IMG/VR virus record: IMGVR_UViG_3300032291_001823
Span: 29,516 to 93,515 of that record
Length of the DNA: 64,000 nt
Reading direction: 5' to 3' (one strand)
DNA from: a virus
Position numbers and translations under genes: made by a program. The notes beneath the pieces are model-generated. The model was not told where the DNA came from, ran no database searches, and saw only the letters and a program-made list of their open reading frames with translations. Shown here piece after piece: positions 39,219-48,576 of this stretch. Numbering within the stretch: position 1 is the first letter of the stretch; each line of letters begins with the position of its first letter.

Positions 39219-41021
39219 ATGCCAAGTAAACAAATAGGATGGAGCAACGAATCTAATCTTTTATATACAATATCAAGTCAAATATCAAGACTTGCAGGTA
39301 TAATAGCTACTTCTGGAGGAGGTGGTGGTGGTACAATCACAGGTGGAGGTGCTTCTGGTCAAGTGACATTCTGGGATGCTGCAACAAACATTACAGGGTC
39401 TAATAACTTGTTTTGGGATGCAGCACAGAATAGACTTGGTATTGGCACTAATACACCTCAAACATCTGGTGAATTAGCAACAAGCGGAGCAAGGTTGAGA
39501 TTTAATCAAACTGTTGGTGGTTCAATATTTCACGGTATTGAATTTGCCACAAATGGCACAGTCTATTCTTCTTTGTTAGCCAATCAAAATACTGGCGAAG
39601 TAAGGTTATCTACTAACGAATCTTATTTCCCTACATTCTACGCAAGTGGTAGTGAGGGGATGAGGCTTACAACCAACAGAAATCTAATCATCCAAAACGG
39701 AGGTACATTCACCGATGACAACACTAATAGATTACAAGTTAGTGGATCAGGAAAATTTAGTTTAAATCAGAATACATCTACTCAATTAACAGTAAGTAAT
39801 ACTAATGTTAATGCTGCTGCAGCTAGTGAAGTTCAAGTTACAACTAATGGAGGAACTGGTGTTTTTGGAAAATATAGTACACTAGGAGTTCCAGTTAAAA
39901 TAATTACTGCAAGTAATACATATTTATATAATGGCGTAACTGCAGGTGACATAGCAATTTTAAACGATTTTGCTACTGGTACTATTAAATTTGCAACAGG
40001 TGGTGTATCTACTGCTCAAATGGTTTTGCATCAAACTGGTAACCTTTCACTAGGCTCAACTACTGATGATAACACTAATAGATTACAAGTTTTAGGAAAT
40101 GCTAAAATTACAGGAGACTTATCAATACTAGCTAACTCTAGTGGTAGTACTATATCATCATACAATGCCACTTCAAGTACCATATTTCTTGGTAATACAG
40201 CTAGTGGAACAGTGGCTTTTGAATTACAGACTGGAAGCACAAGAAGATTTAGAATTTTTGCAACAGCTACTTCCACTACATTTGAATCTTCCAACCAAAC
40301 TGGAGCTTTTATTTTTAATAAAGATGTTAGTGTATCTGGAAAAATTTCTGTATTATCAATTGTACCAACATCTGGTATATCAGTAGCTATAGAAAATGGT
40401 ACTGAATTTGTTTTTGGAAATGGTGGTCCCTCATCTGCATTTACAAGAATCTCTTTAAGTAGCACTTATACAATCGCAAGCGGTACTAATACTTCTAATG
40501 GTATAAGAGATTCTGCTGTTATAAATATATCAGGAACAGCAGTTGCTGATTACGTTAGCTTCAATGCTACTCCTACTATAAATGGATTAGGTGCAACAGG
40601 TACATATAAAGCTTTTCAGTGGACAAATAATACAGGCTGGGGACTTTATGGTTCTGGTACAGCTCCTAACTATCTTGGTGGTGATCTTGCTGTAGCAGGT
40701 GTATTGAGAGAAACTGTTACAACAAATCGTCAGACAGTATCTTATACATTAGTTTTAACAGACAGAGGAAAGCTTGTAGAAACAAACGTTGGAGCAGCAA
40801 ACACCATCACTGTTCCTCCAAATTCCTCTATAGCATTCCCTATTGGAACTAAAATTGATATTGCCCAATATGGTGCAGGTCAAACAACAATTGTTCCAGG
40901 AATAGGTGTAACAGTGAGAAGTGCAGGAGGAGCATTGAAACTTTCAGCTCAATATAGCGGTGCAACGATAGTAAAAATAGGAACAGACGAATGGTATTTG
41001 TTTGGTGACATAACAGTTTAA
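39219..41021 (+). CDS. tail fibre/spike protein
   Basis: 600 aa. FWDAAQNRLGIGTNTP, TDDNTNRLQV twice and a C-terminal YTLVLTDRGK...FPIGT.I...Q.GAGQ...WYLFGD domain. Confidence 0.75.
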   Translation: MPSKQIGWSNESNLLYTISSQISRLAGIIATSGGGGGGTITGGGASGQVTFWDAATNITGSNNLFWDAAQNRLGIGTNTPQTSGELATSGARLRFNQTVGGSIFHGIEFATNGTVYSSLLANQNTGEVRLSTNESYFPTFYASGSEGMRLTTNRNLIIQNGGTFTDDNTNRLQVSGSGKFSLNQNTSTQLTVSNTNVNAAAASEVQVTTNGGTGVFGKYSTLGVPVKIITASNTYLYNGVTAGDIAILNDFATGTIKFATGGVSTAQMVLHQTGNLSLGSTTDDNTNRLQVLGNAKITGDLSILANSSGSTISSYNATSSTIFLGNTASGTVAFELQTGSTRRFRIFATATSTTFESSNQTGAFIFNKDVSVSGKISVLSIVPTSGISVAIENGTEFVFGNGGPSSAFTRISLSSTYTIASGTNTSNGIRDSAVINISGTAVADYVSFNATPTINGLGATGTYKAFQWTNNTGWGLYGSGTAPNYLGGDLAVAGVLRETVTTNRQTVSYTLVLTDRGKLVETNVGAANTITVPPNSSIAFPIGTKIDIAQYGAGQTTIVPGIGVTVRSAGGALKLSAQYSGATIVKIGTDEWYLFGDITV

Positions 41022-41023
41022 GC

Positions 41024-44000
41024 ATGAGTTTATATATAGGCATATTAGCATCACAAGGTTCAGGAGGAGCTCTATTGGATTCCTATGGAGGAGCTGCTGC
41101 AGCGTTTTCGTTAAGAAAACTAAGTTCTACATATGGAGGAGCAGCTGTAAGGGTGAGAAGAAGCCTAGACAATACAGAACAAGATATTCAATTTGCAGGA
41201 GGACAATTAGACCAAGCAGCTCTACAAGCATTTGTTGGATATGAGAACTTGTTGACATATTCAGAACAATTTGAGAATGTTGCTTGGAATAAAGTCCAGT
41301 CAACGGTAACTCCTAATGCTGGAGCTGATCCTCTTGGTGGAAATAACGCAGAGAGATGGTTAAGTAATGTTGGTGCAACAGGTCATAACTTAAACCAATC
41401 TAGGTCTTTGACTGTAGGCCAATCGTACACAATTTCCATTTGGGTCAGGTCAAACACAGGCGTAGATCAGTCATTTGGACTTTTTGGTTGTGATAGTATA
41501 GGTAGTCCTACTCTAACAGCGACAACTTCATGGCAAAGATTTACTTTTTCATTTGTTGCTAATACAAGTACAAATCATGGCTTACTTAGACCACCTAGTT
41601 TAGCAGCTAACGACCTCCTTGTCTTTGGCGCCCAAATCAACCAAGGCATCACAGCACAACCCTATCAAGTAACCACATCCACAGCAAACACAGCAAATGG
41701 ATTTGTAACCAAGTGGTATACACAGGATAGCAACTGGGAAAACCTACTGATTAACAGTAACAATTTTGCGGCTTGGACTCCTCAAGATGTTTCTGTCACA
41801 GCTAATGCAGCTGTTTCTCCATTTGGTCTTACGGATGCTAGTAAAATAACAGCCAACGCAAATGTGAACCCTCACGTTGTGTATACTTTTACGCCAGCAT
41901 CTATGGCTAGTACAAACATTAGAAGTGTTTATGCAAAAGCAGATGGTTACAATTTTATTTGTATAGGTAGTGGTATCACTACAAATCAGCAGTACTTTGA
42001 CCTAGCTAACGGAACTCTTGGTACAAGGTCTGGAGCTAATATAGTATCTGCCTCGATTCAAAACGTGGGAAATGGATGGTATAGGTGTTCTGTGATATTT
42101 AACGTTGTGGCAAATATTACAATTTGCGTGTCTAACGCTAATGGATCTTTATATTTTGCTGGAGATGGTACAAGCGGAATACTTTTATATGGAGCTCAAA
42201 TCTCAAACGGTACATGGCTTCAGCCGTATCAAGCCACAACAACAACACAAATCTTAAGAAGAGATGCATCACAAGCCACTGCTGCTTCACAGCCTAGGAT
42301 TGTAAATGCAGGTGTGATAGAGAGGGAGAATGGGAAACCTTCAATAAGGTTTGATGGTATTGACGACAATCTATTAAATGCAAATACAATACCAACGACT
42401 ACATCGTTGTCATTATTTGCGACGTTTAGAAAGATATCTCACGTAAACAATGCTGGCATATTCAGCCTTAGACCATCTTTGGTATCTCCAAACGACAAAG
42501 ATTGGGCATCTTCAAATGGTCGCTCGTTTAGTGCAGGAGTAGTACCAAATGGTTTTAATTTTATAGCGCATTACATCTTTTCTGGGTCTGATGGTTTTTC
42601 AGACCCCATAGACATTAAGCCTAATATCACTCTTGGATCTCTTGTCAGTACAAGCATATTTGAGACTGGTGGTTTGGCGAGTGTTTACACTAACGGTTCA
42701 GTTCTATTGACTGATACCTACAATGGAACACCAACGGCCCCAACTGGTCTTGTAATCGGTGCTAGGTACGATTCTGGCGTAAATCAGTTTGGAAATGTGT
42801 CAATACCTGACCTTATACTATATCCAACAAACCTTTTACCGTCTAGACTAGCTATTGAGTCAAACGTTGGTTCATACTACCAAACCCAATGGATAGGAAC
42901 CCAACAAGCCTTATTGGACCAGTTCGGGGGAAGTGCAGCAGCATTCTCATTAAGAAACCTATCATCCTCATACAGAGGACCATTAGTAAGAGTAAGAAGA
43001 AGTAATGACAACGCAGAGACAGATATAGGTGGAACATTCAGTGGAGACCTTGATGTTAATTCATTGTTGGCATTTACAGGTGGGCAGAATTTGGCTACTC
43101 AATCCGAGAATTTTGTGTCTGGCAATTGGAGTAAAACAGCTTTAACTGCTACATCGAATGCAACTATAGATCCTAATGGCTCTCTAACGGCTAATAAACT
43201 TACTGAAACAGCTGTAAATAGTGTACACAGAGCTGATCAGAACTTGACTTTAGACTTGTCAACCAATCAATGTACTGTATCTTTTTATGCAAAAGCAGCT
43301 GAAAGAAGGTATATAAACGCATCTATTGTATTTACAACTGGCGCTTTTGATGCATTTGGTATTGTTGTTGACCTTGTTACTGGAGCTATTATAACAAGCT
43401 ATACTACAGGACTATCAATCTTATCAAACACCACGTCTACAAATGTAGGAAACGGTTGGTGGAGAATTTCCTATACTGGAACAAATAGAAAAAGCGGCTC
43501 TAACTTATTTTCATTTTTTGTCGGAGAAAGCGCATCGAATTACTCCTATCTTGGTGTGGTAGGTTCTGGTGTATATTTATGGGGAGCACAAATAACTTCA
43601 GGAACCGTTCTTCAACCCTACGTCCCAACAACATCTCCAGCTATTAATGGCGCTAACGCATTTGTAACTAAATGGTATGACCAGAGTGGAATAGGGGATA
43701 ATCTTGTTCTACAGAGTGAGACATTTGGTAATGCTAGCTGGCAAAAATTTTTTACAACCGCATCAGACAACACAACAACAGCTCCAGATAATACAATAAC
43801 AGCTGACACATTATTCGAAACCAATGGTAATGGTCAACACTCATTGTATCAGACCAATGCATATGGTAGTGGTGTTTATACATATTCTACATATTTAAAA
43901 TATTTCAATAGGAAATATGTTTTGCTATCTTTGACTGATGCTGTAGCTAATGGTGCTGGTGTTGTACTAGACTTAGAAACGGCATCTTTTATTGGGAATA

Positions 44001-45655
44001 GTAGCGTTGGGTCTGGATATTCTGTTTTATCCTACTCAATAACTAACGCCTTAAACGGATGGTATAGATATTCTGTAACAGTTTCTACAACTGGAATACC
44101 TGTTCCAACTTTATTCTTAAGGGATAGTAATACATTAGCATGGAATAACTCTTACACTGGAAATGCTTCTATTGGTGTTTACGTCTGGGGTGCTCAATCA
44201 TCAGTTGGCTCAGAACTCCTACGCTATCAACCCACCACAACAGCTATTGCCCCTAAAAGGGATGCTATACAAACAACAGCTGCCAGTCAACCAAGGATAG
44301 TGAATGCTGGAAGTGTTGAGAGTGAGAATGGTAAGCCAGCTTTGTTCTGGACAGATGGAACTGGAATGAGGCTTGTGTCTTCGTTTAGTCCAATAGCTTC
44401 TCCACAGTCATTCTTTGCTGTAAGTAAGCTTGCTGCTGTATCAGGCATTCTTGCTGCTACTGTATTTGACAGTTATGATCCTGTTCAAAATGTTTATTAC
44501 TTTACAGGCATTACGGAGCCTCCGAATAATAGGTTTATTTATGCTGCTATCAATACTATTAGTGTAAACCAAGAACTAATACCAACACAAGATCTTACAT
44601 CTATAATACGAGACACCACTTCGTATGTTTATAATAATGGGGTTCTTGCTGGGTCTGGAACTTTACCATCTGGAACGCTTAGCGGTCTTTCTATAGGAAA
44701 TTTAAGAGGTAATCCAAATCCTTTCATTAATAACTACGACTGGTTTGGTAGTATTCAAGAACTAACTGTCTACCCAACTAACCAACCACTTAGAACATCT
44801 GTTCAATCCAACATCAACACCTACTACCAAATCTACTGGCAAGGAAATGGAACAGCATTGCTTGATTCCTTCTCTGGAGCATCAGCAGCTTATTCTTTGC
44901 GTAACTTGAGCTCTGCTTATACAGGACCTTTGATTAGGGTGAGGAGAAGTAATGATAACGCAGAAAGAGACATCTATGGTACCTTCAGAGGTGATCTTGA
45001 TCTTGCTGCTTTGACATCATTTGTAGGGGCAAACAGTGGATTTGTCACCACATGGTACGATCAGAGTGGTAGTGGTAGACATGCCACACAGGCAACAGCT
45101 GCTTCACAACCACGTATTGTTAATGCTGGGGCTGTGGATACAGAGAATGGAAAGCCAACAATGGTGTTTGACGGATCTAACGACTTCTTTACATATACAC
45201 CAGTAACCATAGCAGATATAGACTATTCTGTTTTTGCCGTTAGTAAGAGAAGTGCAAGTGGAGTAGCAGGATTTATGATTGGAAGTAACACAGAGGTTGG
45301 TTCACTATTTGGTCAGTTTACTGATAATAATACATATATTCAAACCCTTGGAACTACAGATAGATATTATCAATACTCAGACACACTCAACGACATAAGA
45401 ATAGCTACTGCTATAACAACTCAATCTTCTGGAATATATTGTAAAAACGGAGTGGCTATATCACAAAGTGCAACTGGTACGTTTCCGACATCAGCAACGA
45501 CTTTCACATCTATTGGTTCTTACCAAGGTCTTGGCGGAGGTCCGCTTGTATACTCAAATGCAGATATTTCTGAAGTTATATTGTTTAATACAAACCAAAG
45601 TGCATCTAGGTCTGGAGTTGAATCTAACATAAACAACTATTATAAAATATACTAA
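41024..45655 (+). CDS. large lectin-like adhesin/receptor-binding protein (3 ConA/LamG-like repeats with 4 inserted carbohydrate-binding-like modules)
   Basis: Three copies of LLD..G...AA.SLR.LSS.Y.G...RVRRS.DN.E.DI...FVT.WY.Q...AASQPRIVNAG. Four NL...S..F...GAQ modules. Confidence 0.7.
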   Translation: MSLYIGILASQGSGGALLDSYGGAAAAFSLRKLSSTYGGAAVRVRRSLDNTEQDIQFAGGQLDQAALQAFVGYENLLTYSEQFENVAWNKVQSTVTPNAGADPLGGNNAERWLSNVGATGHNLNQSRSLTVGQSYTISIWVRSNTGVDQSFGLFGCDSIGSPTLTATTSWQRFTFSFVANTSTNHGLLRPPSLAANDLLVFGAQINQGITAQPYQVTTSTANTANGFVTKWYTQDSNWENLLINSNNFAAWTPQDVSVTANAAVSPFGLTDASKITANANVNPHVVYTFTPASMASTNIRSVYAKADGYNFICIGSGITTNQQYFDLANGTLGTRSGANIVSASIQNVGNGWYRCSVIFNVVANITICVSNANGSLYFAGDGTSGILLYGAQISNGTWLQPYQATTTTQILRRDASQATAASQPRIVNAGVIERENGKPSIRFDGIDDNLLNANTIPTTTSLSLFATFRKISHVNNAGIFSLRPSLVSPNDKDWASSNGRSFSAGVVPNGFNFIAHYIFSGSDGFSDPIDIKPNITLGSLVSTSIFETGGLASVYTNGSVLLTDTYNGTPTAPTGLVIGARYDSGVNQFGNVSIPDLILYPTNLLPSRLAIESNVGSYYQTQWIGTQQALLDQFGGSAAAFSLRNLSSSYRGPLVRVRRSNDNAETDIGGTFSGDLDVNSLLAFTGGQNLATQSENFVSGNWSKTALTATSNATIDPNGSLTANKLTETAVNSVHRADQNLTLDLSTNQCTVSFYAKAAERRYINASIVFTTGAFDAFGIVVDLVTGAIITSYTTGLSILSNTTSTNVGNGWWRISYTGTNRKSGSNLFSFFVGESASNYSYLGVVGSGVYLWGAQITSGTVLQPYVPTTSPAINGANAFVTKWYDQSGIGDNLVLQSETFGNASWQKFFTTASDNTTTAPDNTITADTLFETNGNGQHSLYQTNAYGSGVYTYSTYLKYFNRKYVLLSLTDAVANGAGVVLDLETASFIGNSSVGSGYSVLSYSITNALNGWYRYSVTVSTTGIPVPTLFLRDSNTLAWNNSYTGNASIGVYVWGAQSSVGSELLRYQPTTTAIAPKRDAIQTTAASQPRIVNAGSVESENGKPALFWTDGTGMRLVSSFSPIASPQSFFAVSKLAAVSGILAATVFDSYDPVQNVYYFTGITEPPNNRFIYAAINTISVNQELIPTQDLTSIIRDTTSYVYNNGVLAGSGTLPSGTLSGLSIGNLRGNPNPFINNYDWFGSIQELTVYPTNQPLRTSVQSNINTYYQIYWQGNGTALLDSFSGASAAYSLRNLSSAYTGPLIRVRRSNDNAERDIYGTFRGDLDLAALTSFVGANSGFVTTWYDQSGSGRHATQATAASQPRIVNAGAVDTENGKPTMVFDGSNDFFTYTPVTIADIDYSVFAVSKRSASGVAGFMIGSNTEVGSLFGQFTDNNTYIQTLGTTDRYYQYSDTLNDIRIATAITTQSSGIYCKNGVAISQSATGTFPTSATTFTSIGSYQGLGGGPLVYSNADISEVILFNTNQSASRSGVESNINNYYKIY

Positions 45656-45656
45656 T

Positions 45657-45935
45657 ATGCTTTATTTAATCTATGCCAATGAGCAGGATGCCATTGACAG
45701 AAGCCAACAGATAGCTGTAGAACAGGGATGTACAGGTGATGTAACCTCCTATTGGTTTAGCTGGATACAACATCCAACAAATGGCGAAGGAGCTTTACAA
45801 GTTCCTGAAGACCAAACCAGTGTTCTTACAGAAGGAGAAATAGCATCCCTACAGAATCAGCAATACATGGATGACAATGGTTGGTTTCCTCCAGCCCCTG
45901 CTCCATTGATAGAAGATGCAGAAATAGTTAACTAA
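45657..45935 (+). CDS. small acidic tail-associated hypothetical protein
   Basis: 92 aa, ATG 1 nt after the adhesin stop. Confidence 0.6.
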   Translation: MLYLIYANEQDAIDRSQQIAVEQGCTGDVTSYWFSWIQHPTNGEGALQVPEDQTSVLTEGEIASLQNQQYMDDNGWFPPAPAPLIEDAEIVN

Positions 45936-45954
45936 CAAATAAAAAACAAATAAA

Positions 45955-46236
45955 ATGGTAAACATTCAAGACGTTCCTGTATGGATATCAGGACAAGTTA
46001 AAACTGCAAAGGTTCTTAACCTCACAGCTTATGACAACCTTTCCACTTCAGCTAATTTTTATTATGAGCTTAGGGAAGAAAGTGTTGTTCAAGAAGGTGA
46101 CATTGTAATTAGCGGAAGTGTTGTTGCTAGTGGAAACCTTTCAATGACTGATGAAGAATATCAAGCATGGGATGATTCTAATGATGGAGCTTATGCTTGG
46201 GCAGCAGGTAAGTTAAATGTCGTTATTATTCCTTAA
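45955..46236 (+). CDS. small tail-fibre-associated hypothetical protein
   Basis: 93 aa, A-rich leader; GNL.M...EY..W......Y.W.A..L pattern. Confidence 0.6.
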   Translation: MVNIQDVPVWISGQVKTAKVLNLTAYDNLSTSANFYYELREESVVQEGDIVISGSVVASGNLSMTDEEYQAWDDSNDGAYAWAAGKLNVVIIP

Positions 46237-46256
46237 TTTTGTAAAAAATCAATAGT

Positions 46257-46439
46257 ATGAACCAACAAATGACAGAAAAGCAAGCACTTGAGGTTGTTAA
46301 AGTTATTCTTGACCTTGCAAGTGAAAAGGGACTTTTTAAGACACTTAATGATTCTATGGCAGCAATCGCAGCGTTTAACACGTTGAGTGAAGCTGTTCTG
46401 AAAGAAGAAGAACAAGTTAAAAAGGGTGGTGCTAAATAA
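46257..46439 (+). CDS. small helical hypothetical protein (possible fibre assembly chaperone)
   Basis: 60-aa ORF preceded by TAATTTTG (46234-41). Confidence 0.55.
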   Translation: MNQQMTEKQALEVVKVILDLASEKGLFKTLNDSMAAIAAFNTLSEAVLKEEEQVKKGGAK

Positions 46440-46450
46440 GCACCCCCTTT
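46421..46450 (+). terminator. GC-rich hairpin, probable intrinsic terminator
   Basis: aaagggtggtgct-aaata-agcacccccttt (one bulge) spanning the stop codon. Confidence 0.6.
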
Positions 46451-46475
46451 ATTCCCCACAAACAAATTTTAAATC

Positions 46476-46610
46476 ATGACATCGAAACAAATAGGATGGA
46501 GCCAGGAGTCAAACCTTTTGTGGGAAATCTCTAAGAAGCTGGAGAATCTTATACGTATTGCTGGTAGTTCACAAACTACAACAAGTACAACCACTACAGC
46601 GGCTCCTTAA
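46476..46610 (+). CDS. 44-aa microprotein: fibre-type N-terminal anchor plus poly-Thr tail (not in ORF track)
   Basis: MTSKQIGWSQESNLLWEISKKLENLIRIAGSSQTTTSTTTTAAP; the N-terminus matches the 39219 ORF (MPSKQIGWSNESNLL). Confidence 0.85.
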   Translation: MTSKQIGWSQESNLLWEISKKLENLIRIAGSSQTTTSTTTTAAP

Positions 46611-46636
46611 TAATGGACATTTTTTAAAACCTACAT

Positions 46637-47656
46637 ATGGGCAAATCCCTTAAGATCGTTTGTGTTCAGCCTGATGACGACTACTATTTTTGGCAAGTTA
46701 ATGTCTGGTTGGAAAGTTTAAGACTAATTGATAAGAGTGATAAGGCAATTGTTCTCATCTTCACTCCTAACTTTAGAGAACAAAACATGAAATGGAAAGA
46801 GCTTGAGGCTGTATATCCTGAAGCTGAATTTGCATATTATAAGGATGAGGACAATATAAGCAAGACCTTTGGCATCTATATTCCTGTATTGCGTCCATAT
46901 ACATTGATGAAATATTTCAATGAACATCCAGAAATGGTAAATCATGCAATCTTCTATTGTGACTGTGACATTGTATTTACAGACAAATTTAACATAGATG
47001 ATTATATTGATGACGATGTTTGTTATGTTTCAGACACAAACAGCTACATAAATGCTTCTTATTTTGACAGTAAGGTGAATGATGTGAAGCCTGAAATGTT
47101 GGAGAAATATAAGAAAGCAGATATATTATCTGAAGTGACAAGCCTTGTTGGAATAACAAGGGAGATATGTGAGAAAAATAATAACCACTCTGGAGGAGCC
47201 CAATATCTCCTAAAGAATGTAGGAGGAAGTTTTTGGGATAAGGTTATAACAGATTGCCTAGTGATAAGATCTTATTTGATGAATGTCAATAGGCAGTTCT
47301 TTGAAAATGAAAATAAAGGATATCAAAGTTGGTGTGCTGATATGTGGGCAGTGTTATGGAACCTTTGGTTGAGAGAAAAAGAAGTGAAGGTGATTCCTGA
47401 ATTAGATTTTGCTTGGAGTTCTGATCCAATAGAAAAATTGGATAATATAGGAATCCTTCATAATGCTGGAATAGTGGGAAACAGTCAAGGAACTGCTCCT
47501 ACGTTCTATAAAGGACTCTATCATAATGGAAAGAATCCATTTGACGATCCTCACTTACAAACAGTTTTGAACAGCGAAGAAAGTAAAAAACTTTGCAATC
47601 ACTACTACCTAACTAGAATGTTTGACGTTAAACAGAAATATAATTTACAATATTAA
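46637..47656 (+). CDS. GT-A glycosyltransferase resembling peptidyl-Ser/Hyp O-glycosyltransferases (SERGT1/HPAT-like, GT96/GT95)
   Basis: YYFWQ, YIPVLRPY...KYF, hydrophobic strand plus DCD (DxD), GGAQYLL, WCADMWA and a C-terminal ILH. The motif order parallels plant Y..WQ / N(K/R)P / DxD / W..EMY. Confidence 0.7.
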   Translation: MGKSLKIVCVQPDDDYYFWQVNVWLESLRLIDKSDKAIVLIFTPNFREQNMKWKELEAVYPEAEFAYYKDEDNISKTFGIYIPVLRPYTLMKYFNEHPEMVNHAIFYCDCDIVFTDKFNIDDYIDDDVCYVSDTNSYINASYFDSKVNDVKPEMLEKYKKADILSEVTSLVGITREICEKNNNHSGGAQYLLKNVGGSFWDKVITDCLVIRSYLMNVNRQFFENENKGYQSWCADMWAVLWNLWLREKEVKVIPELDFAWSSDPIEKLDNIGILHNAGIVGNSQGTAPTFYKGLYHNGKNPFDDPHLQTVLNSEESKKLCNHYYLTRMFDVKQKYNLQY

Positions 47657-47667
47657 ATTGAAACAAA

Positions 47668-47844
47668 ATGGGAAATGATCGTAAAGATTTGAAAGCGTAT
47701 GTACGCTTTGATGGCAGCGGACGTGTAGTTCCTGGCAGCCTGGTCCTTAGAAAGAAAATGCCTAAAGTTGGAAAATGGATGGAAGTACAAGCTTATGAGT
47801 GTTGTGTATACACCACTACTACCACTACCACTATTGCTCCTTAA
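47668..47844 (+). CDS. 58-aa microprotein with poly-Thr tail (not in ORF track)
   Basis: MGNDRKDLKAYVRFDGSGRVVPGSLVLRKKMPKVGKWMEVQAYECCVYTTTTTTTIAP; A-rich leader aaacaaaATG; fills the intergenic gap. Confidence 0.85.
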   Translation: MGNDRKDLKAYVRFDGSGRVVPGSLVLRKKMPKVGKWMEVQAYECCVYTTTTTTTIAP

Positions 47845-47863
47845 TAACCAACAAATATAATTT

Positions 47864-48271
47864 ATGGCAAAGTCTCTTTTTCCTGAGGAAATGATAAAGT
47901 CTTCTGACATGTCATTGGAAGGAATTGCAAGCAAGCTCACATATTTTCATGAGCAGCTTCATCTCTTACATTGGCAAACAAACAGCTATGCGGAACATCA
48001 AGCTCTTGGAGGATTGTACGATTATGTACATGATTTCAAAGATGGTGTTATAGAAAAGCTTATGGGTTATATGAACAAACGACCTACAAGTGTAAAGATG
48101 GAACAATTGTCACCATCAGCAACACCTTCGTCAGTTGTTTCTGAGCTCCTTTCTTTTTCTTCAAGTCTTAAGAGCTATGCAGAGGGTAATGGTTTTCATG
48201 ACATTTCTAATTTGGCAGATGCTTTGTCTGGCGAAGCAGCTAAAACACGTTATCTATTAACACTTAGCTAA
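47864..48271 (+). CDS. ferritin/Dps-like four-helix protein (DUF5856-like)
   Basis: LHLLHWQTNSYAEHQALGGLYD...D..IEK.MG and C-terminal YLLTL. Confidence 0.75.
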   Translation: MAKSLFPEEMIKSSDMSLEGIASKLTYFHEQLHLLHWQTNSYAEHQALGGLYDYVHDFKDGVIEKLMGYMNKRPTSVKMEQLSPSATPSSVVSELLSFSSSLKSYAEGNGFHDISNLADALSGEAAKTRYLLTLS

Positions 48272-48558
48272 TGCAAGTGAATAAAAAGTTCTTTCCTCCT
48301 GTCTTACAAGACAACGAAACAGCTTATTTTTCACATTTAATAGGTGTAATTGAATCAGTTGATGAATTGGCAAGTCTGGAAATAACAAAGAACCCTAACT
48401 CTTATCATTTCAGACTTGCTCCTTCTCTTCCAAAGTATAACAACATGCTTCTAGAGGAGATATTAAAGTTCCACAACATATTCAAAATAAAATTAAATCT
48501 TTCAAAAAGCATAAAATCCTCTGGAACAATAACATTTCAAGTGGTTATAGAGGAATAA
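48271..48558 (+). CDS. hypothetical protein
   Basis: 95 aa, TAATG-coupled. Confidence 0.65.
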   Translation: MQVNKKFFPPVLQDNETAYFSHLIGVIESVDELASLEITKNPNSYHFRLAPSLPKYNNMLLEEILKFHNIFKIKLNLSKSIKSSGTITFQVVIEE

Positions 48559-48576
48559 TGCACAAAAACATAAACT

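Noticed and set aside
46421-46439. VKKGGAK as another GG-motif copy
   Set aside because: These codons form the 5' arm of the terminator hairpin, so the match is probably incidental.
972-46465. Numerous 60-170 aa minus-strand ORFs within the structural block
   Set aside because: They are antisense shadows of long + strand genes, with no motifs or initiation context.
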